Source: a virus (lineage: Duplodnaviria; Caudoviricetes). From it: 31,488 nucleotides of DNA. The stretch spans positions 1-31,488 of the IMG/VR virus record IMGVR_UViG_3300037424_000332; one strand, 5' to 3'. The notes beneath the pieces are model-generated. The model saw only the letters and a program-made list of their open reading frames with translations, was not told the origin of the DNA and searched no databases. A program made the translations under genes and the position numbers. Shown here one piece after another: positions 27,038 to 31,488 of the stretch (the first letter of the stretch is position 1; each line of letters opens with the position of its first letter).

Positions 27038-27107
27038 TTTTGTTTCATACTGTGTAACTTTCTGACTAACTATTTAATTATTAACTGTTTGTAAATTTAC
27101 GTTTTTT

Positions 27108-27584
27108 TCATTCAACAGGCACATAAACCCCCTCGCCCGGACTTACAATCACGCATTTGTCCTCATTCGTTATCAGCACCCAATTAATGGGGATTGACCA
27201 GCCGATAAGATTAGCATCGTACTTTGATTCTTTAACCTTAGTAATCGTTACATCGGTTATCTTCTGAAATATTTGAGCTGCAATAGCCTTGTAGATAAAC
27301 ACCTTGACAATTTCGAGTAAGTCCTGGAGGGTATGTTCATTGTTATAAACAAGGTCTTCCGGTCTTACCTGCTGAAGTATCTCTACTGTCAGGATAGGAC
27401 GTTCTGTGATTGCATTTGCTTTTACTTGCAGGAGTACCTCATTCGGCTGCACTATGACCCCGACAATATCAGTGGCGTTGCTCTCATCGGTGCGAATATT
27501 AGACAGGTTATCCGTCTCATAGACGACCAGCGTGCAACCGGAGTTAATCAGTAATGCCTCAATATTATGGATCAGTGCGTTCAT
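27108..27584 (-). CDS. Putative tail terminator-like protein
   Basis: 158 aa acidic ORF with KYDANLIGW, assigned by position and size only. Confidence 0.5.
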   Translation of the reverse strand: MNALIHNIEALLINSGCTLVVYETDNLSNIRTDESNATDIVGVIVQPNEVLLQVKANAITERPILTVEILQQVRPEDLVYNNEHTLQDLLEIVKVFIYKAIAAQIFQKITDVTITKVKESKYDANLIGWSIPINWVLITNEDKCVIVSPGEGVYVPVE

Positions 27585-28216
27585 TTGCGTTTTGGTTTTG
27601 GTTCACTTGCTGTCTTTAAGAGATCAAAGTATTTCTCCTGAAAGTCCGCTGTCTCCTTCGCTAACATGAAACGTACAAGACATTCATTATAAGGAGTAAG
27701 GAGTACTTCCGGCACGGTTATCTTCATCACATCACGAAGGAAATCCAGGGAGGTTAATTCAGAAAATACGTTGAGGCGATCTATCCCGGCTGCGACCTCC
27801 AGCTTAGAAGGCTCCCTGTGAAGGAGTGTCCGTTCCTGCTCAATCATCTCGCCAACAAAGGTAATCAGTTGCATAGCGACCGGGTATAAATCTATCGCCT
27901 GTAAAGTTAATATATATTTTCCAAATAACAACGCCTTTTCTTCATCCCATTTATCACCAGTTACTAAAGAGTAGTAATAACCATCCATAACCCTGAGTAT
28001 CAAACCAAAATCATTCTCTTCTTTTCTGGCAATAAACAGCCGCTGACCGTAACACAGGCTCTTATTGAACTCTTCCACGCTTTGAGGCACTCTGTATTTC
28101 TTTCTTCTTATCCGTATCACATTAGGCACTGGGAGCTGAATAAGGCCGTCCGGCAGCCCGGAATATATCTCCGGGTCGTATATCATATCCCGAAGCGTGA
28201 GTCGTTCTAAGGCCAT
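27581..28216 (-). CDS. Hypothetical protein, tail-assembly-chaperone-like
   Basis: LCYGQR, AAGIDRLNVF and EVLLTPY. Start at 28216 by TAATG overlap with the TerL stop. Confidence 0.6.
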   Translation of the reverse strand: MALERLTLRDMIYDPEIYSGLPDGLIQLPVPNVIRIRRKKYRVPQSVEEFNKSLCYGQRLFIARKEENDFGLILRVMDGYYYSLVTGDKWDEEKALLFGKYILTLQAIDLYPVAMQLITFVGEMIEQERTLLHREPSKLEVAAGIDRLNVFSELTSLDFLRDVMKITVPEVLLTPYNECLVRFMLAKETADFQEKYFDLLKTASEPKPKRK

Positions 28217-29532
28217 TATCCGTACCATTGCTGACCCCCTGTTGAAATATGAGCGACTTCAAAATACATACGCATAATAAATACATCCAGCCAGTCTGGA
28301 CTTCTTCCGATATGCTCTTTTATCTTTTCTTTTGGCATAATTCTTAATTTACCGTCTTTATCGCTATCGTAAGTTTTTAACATACCCAACTCCTGCCGTA
28401 TCATTTCTATTTCTCTATCAGGTAAATCGCAGGAAATATATATCTTATCCGCTAATTCTGCTAATTTATAACCACATTCTGATTTAAGATTTTGATAATT
28501 AGAATTTTCAGCTTTGGAATTATTAACGAATCCTTTACACCTCAACCCATCAACTACACCTCCACCAACCCCGTCTTCATCACAAACAATATCGTATAAT
28601 TGAACTTTATGATTAATCCTTTTTGCATTGATAGCATTTTTAATATCTTCAGTAGATGAAATATCAAATGCAGTATATTCTATCATTTGCCATCCCTCCC
28701 ATACTGTTATGATTGCTCTATCAGATCCGTAACGTGCAATATCAGCGACTATCTTCTTTCTTCCCTTATCAGCATATATATTTGAAAACATATTACTAAT
28801 CATATCAGCATCAATCATTGTGTTAGGATCGCTGTCATATTCCCAATTCCCTAATTTTAATCTTTCCTTTTCATTTTGCGGCAACCTGTCAAGAGCCTTA
28901 AGATAATCATCTGTCAGGTATTTGTTATCAGTTGGTAATGATTGAATGAATTTTCTATATGCAGGTAATGTCCCATTCTTTTGAGGTAGATAAAAGTTAT
29001 TATACGCATATCCTTTATTTGGATTGCAAGTCATTAATATTTTACGCTTCAAATTATAGTCTGTATTTTTCCACCGGCCTACTGATACTGCCAGGTTTGT
29101 TATTGCTAAAGAACTAATTTGTCCTATCTCTTCAAACCAACCACGTGTAAATTGAAGCGAACCAAAGCGATGATATTCAGGATCAGAAGGTAAATATTTG
29201 CAGTCAATGTAAAAGACCTTTGAATTATTGTACAGTTGGAAGTAATTGTTTTGTCCGTTATATGTTACATATTTCTCAAACGGCAACCCCATAAATGTAA
29301 ACACCTCAATTATAGAGGGAGTTGTAAACTTTGTAAGATCATTCAGATTCTGCCTTGCTATGAAATAATGAGTACCGGAATAAATCAAAGCATCTGAAAA
29401 TATCAAAGCGGAACCAGTAAATGACTTAGTTCCGCCCTTTGCGCCTCCGAAAAGTATCTCTTCAGTTATATCATCACACCAATATTCAGCTGCCGTAATT
29501 TGCTTGGGCTGCAATTTTAGTACTGGTATCAT
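28216..29532 (-). CDS. terL: Terminase large subunit
   Basis: LQPKQ Q-motif, Walker A GGAKGGTKS, Walker B GWFEE, TCNP, RLKLGNW; nuclease motifs ADIARYGSD, DEDGVGGGVVD and SPDWLD. Confidence 0.93.
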   Translation of the reverse strand: MIPVLKLQPKQITAAEYWCDDITEEILFGGAKGGTKSFTGSALIFSDALIYSGTHYFIARQNLNDLTKFTTPSIIEVFTFMGLPFEKYVTYNGQNNYFQLYNNSKVFYIDCKYLPSDPEYHRFGSLQFTRGWFEEIGQISSLAITNLAVSVGRWKNTDYNLKRKILMTCNPNKGYAYNNFYLPQKNGTLPAYRKFIQSLPTDNKYLTDDYLKALDRLPQNEKERLKLGNWEYDSDPNTMIDADMISNMFSNIYADKGRKKIVADIARYGSDRAIITVWEGWQMIEYTAFDISSTEDIKNAINAKRINHKVQLYDIVCDEDGVGGGVVDGLRCKGFVNNSKAENSNYQNLKSECGYKLAELADKIYISCDLPDREIEMIRQELGMLKTYDSDKDGKLRIMPKEKIKEHIGRSPDWLDVFIMRMYFEVAHISTGGQQWYG

Positions 29533-29957
29533 TCATCCTTTATTATTTTCATTCCAGTAACAGGTTCCGCAAACTTTATATTTTGTTCAACTTCTACCTT
29601 ATCCCCGTATTTTTTAGGCTGCAGTTTTGCTAATAACCATTTTCGAGAATCAACCCTTAACCGATCACGATTAACAACGGCATGATCTATAACTTCTCTG
29701 CCGTCTTCTGTCATGGTTATGTCGTGCTCATAATTATCCGCAATTTCAAGCATCTCATGGGCCATTTGCTCAGCCCTCATTTCGGTCGCGCGCGCGTATC
29801 TTTTTGACTTTTCAGTATCTTCAAGTAACACATAAAACGTTTGAGTTGACATTCGACCTTTTAAAGCCCCAATAGCAGATTTCCCATTCTCTGCTATATC
29901 GGTTATTATTTCATCAAATAACTTATTGAGCTCCTTTTCTCCTTTTGGCGCTGCCAT
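29529..29957 (-). CDS. terS: Terminase small subunit, Sf6 gp1-like
   Basis: YARATEMRAE...LEIAD and RLRVDSRKWLLAKLQPKKYGDK, immediately upstream of terL. Confidence 0.9.
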   Translation of the reverse strand: MAAPKGEKELNKLFDEIITDIAENGKSAIGALKGRMSTQTFYVLLEDTEKSKRYARATEMRAEQMAHEMLEIADNYEHDITMTEDGREVIDHAVVNRDRLRVDSRKWLLAKLQPKKYGDKVEVEQNIKFAEPVTGMKIIKDE

Positions 29958-30628
29958 TATTGGTTTTTATAAGGTAGTTTTCTATTATGTACCCGGTTTA
30001 ATCTATATATAGTATCTAAACATACATTATATTCTGCCGCTAATTCACGGTATTTATAATTATAAGTTAGGCATTTACCTAATATTTCATCTATCTGTAT
30101 TTGACTTAATTTTGCATTAGGATTATTTTCTCCTTTAAGTCGTACAGCGTTTTTACCTCTATTAATAAATTGATTTTTTCTTGCCCTCTCCCGTCTCTCA
30201 TCTGTCCATGCTAATTTCATTTTTATCTTAGTTTCTTCAGTATGATGTTTATGATAAAAACCATTCTTTTCACATTTTGAATTTGCTTTTCGGTATTCAC
30301 TAAATCGTTTTCTTGTTTCTTCGCTCCAAATTCCTTTTATGCCAAGTGTATTTCCAGCTATTTTACAAATATTAAAAAATGGATCAAGAGCATCTATATA
30401 TGATTGTTCATGAATTAATAAATTTTCTTTTGGACATTCTAATATTGCTGTGAATATTAAATCAAACTCTCCGTATTTATTGTAATGGTTTTGTAGCTTA
30501 ATAGAATGATGTTTATTTCTTCGCAGTTTTTTTAAATGTTCATACCACCTATTGTTGATATTTATGGCACTACCAACATATATTCTATCTGGATGAATAA
30601 CTGACTATATTTTATAAATACCAGTCAT
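29957..30628 (-). pseudogene. GIY-YIG homing endonuclease with NUMOD3-like and HTH domains, interrupted by TAG at codon 8
   Basis: Hand translation MTGIYKI*SVIHPDRIYVGSAININNRWYEH...HSIKLQNHYNKYG..EQSYID..FNICKIAG..FYHKHHTEETKIKM continues in frame into track ORF 29957..30220. The TAG is at 30605-30607. Confidence 0.88.
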
Positions 30629-30666
30629 TATTTTTTCGGAGGTCTTTTCTTTCCGCAGTTACACAT
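30628..30666 (-). CDS. Possible 12-aa Cys/Lys peptide MCNCGKKRPPKK
   Basis: Overlaps the upstream small ORF's stop, and its TAA overlaps the endonuclease ATG (TAATG). Confidence 0.35.
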   Translation of the reverse strand: MCNCGKKRPPKK

Positions 30667-30748
30667 GATCTTTCTTTTTTTGTTCAGGCCATATCAGAAC
30701 AATAATCAGCGCCAGAACGATTAACCCCATTATAATGTACCCATCCAT
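30659..30748 (-). CDS. 29-aa single-TM peptide, possibly leaderless (not in ORF track)
   Basis: MDGYIIMGLIVLALIIVLIWPEQKKKDHV*. The ATG is 4 nt after the -7 box. Confidence 0.5.
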   Translation of the reverse strand: MDGYIIMGLIVLALIIVLIWPEQKKKDHV

Positions 30749-30752
30749 TTTG

Positions 30753-30784
30753 CAAATTTAAACCTTTAATCTGAATTAAACAAA
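30753..30784 (-). promoter_or_regulatory. Consensus Bacteroidota promoter upstream of the packaging genes
   Basis: TTTG (30781-30784)-N20-TAAATTTG (30753-30760). Confidence 0.7.
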
Positions 30785-30970
30785 TTTACTTTCGGTGGTC
30801 ATCAAATACACCCTGTCGGCGTTCAATTGCTTCTTCAGTGCAGCTACCATTTCATCGTATCCCTTTTTGTTGATTACCTTTCCTATTCCTATACAGAAAT
30901 ATCTACAATCTTTAAATACTCGTGCGCTCTCAACGTATATCTCACCGGGCTTTAGTTCGGGTAAATCCAT
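30776..30970 (-). CDS. Hypothetical protein
   Basis: 64 aa ORF abutting the upstream stop. Confidence 0.55.
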   Translation of the reverse strand: MDLPELKPGEIYVESARVFKDCRYFCIGIGKVINKKGYDEMVAALKKQLNADRVYLMTTESKFV

Positions 30971-31240
30971 TTACTTCTTCTTTGTGAAAATATAAACAGT
31001 ATCGGTTGCTGTTACAACGCCATTAACCTTAGTCTCTACAATCTCTATTTTAAGGGTATTTTTAGAGAGAGCTTTTTTACGTGGCGCTGTATCAACAATA
31101 GTAACTATTATTAAAGTTAATACAAGGCAAGCAAAACCAGTAAGAAGCGCAGTCAGTCCGGCTTCATCTTCAGAAATAAAATAAACAAGTCCTGATATAA
31201 TTGCAATCAGTAATGCTACATAAAAAATCATTTCCCCCAT
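30971..31240 (-). CDS. Small two-TM membrane protein
   Basis: Two hydrophobic helices followed by a basic tail, with an A-rich start context. Confidence 0.65.
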   Translation of the reverse strand: MGEMIFYVALLIAIISGLVYFISEDEAGLTALLTGFACLVLTLIIVTIVDTAPRKKALSKNTLKIEIVETKVNGVVTATDTVYIFTKKK

Positions 31241-31257
31241 AGTTTTAAGTTTTAAGT

Positions 31258-31488
31258 TTATAATAATAGTTTTTGAATTTTAGCATAGTACTTATTCTTT
31301 TTTGATATTCCGTTCCATACTTGACAACCCTTTTTAATCTCATTAGCCGGGTTCCAGTAATTTTGAACAATCCAAAACATCTCAATTGACTTGAGAGAAT
31401 CTAGGCAGTCTTTAACGGTGTATTTCTCATAACCGACCAGCCTATTCACCTCTTTAAGCATAATTTCTCTAATCTGCAGAAGACCTAC
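31258..31488 (-). CDS. Lysozyme-like/lytic transglycosylase-fold protein, 5'-truncated
   Basis: The frame is open to the window edge: VGLLQIREIMLKEVNR..KSIEMF..YWNP..VWNG. GLLQI and WNG are SLT/lysozyme-family motifs. Confidence 0.7.
   Translation of the reverse strand, partial: VGLLQIREIMLKEVNRLVGYEKYTVKDCLDSLKSIEMFWIVQNYWNPANEIKKGCQVWNGISKKNKYYAKIQKLLL

Noticed and set aside
4824-27584. Recurring Ser-Pro dipeptides in structural proteins as a glycosylation sequon
   Set aside because: A rough count by eye is not clearly above chance for proteins of this length.
29957-30628. Group I intron around the endonuclease
   Set aside because: The gene abuts its neighbours by TAATG overlaps, leaving no room for an intron core, and terS is uninterrupted.
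1-31488. Plus-strand ORFs in the track (e.g. 19..255, 5936..6391, 7679..8110, 16601..17014) and nested minus-strand ORFs (6253..6441, 21495..21704, 24438..24629)
   Set aside because: They are shadows of well-supported minus-strand genes and have no recognisable motifs.
1-31488. Genome-wide TAG-to-Gln recoding
   Set aside because: About 30 kb of genes are intact under the standard code. There is only one in-frame TAG, and TAG appears to act as a normal stop at 19423.
1-31488. tRNA, rRNA, integrase, att sites or IS elements
   Set aside because: None recognised. Intergenic gaps are short, and prophage versus free phage cannot be decided from this window.

Overview
A contiguous piece of a tailed dsDNA phage or prophage with essentially every real gene on the minus strand. 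TAnnTTTG promoters and A-rich, mostly SD-less translation starts suggest a Bacteroidota host. In transcription order (right to left) the window holds: a truncated lysozyme-like gene and small membrane ORFs; a consensus promoter; a GIY-YIG homing endonuclease with an in-frame TAG; TerS and TerL; tail/neck genes, including two paralogous tail proteins, one carrying Fib_succ_major-like and circularly permuted DUF1566-like lectin domains; a tape measure; a small HTH gene; a tightly coupled 10-gene glycosyltransferase/methyltransferase island; a stand-alone AT-rich gene with a structured leader; Clp-type head protease, major capsid, tail tube-like protein, repeat protein, portal and adaptor; a LamG/Asp-box receptor-binding protein; and the lysis cassette. 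The strongest candidate for a new system is the glycan-building island inside the virion operon, possibly for virion glycosylation. All family calls come from motifs recognised by eye, not from database searches.
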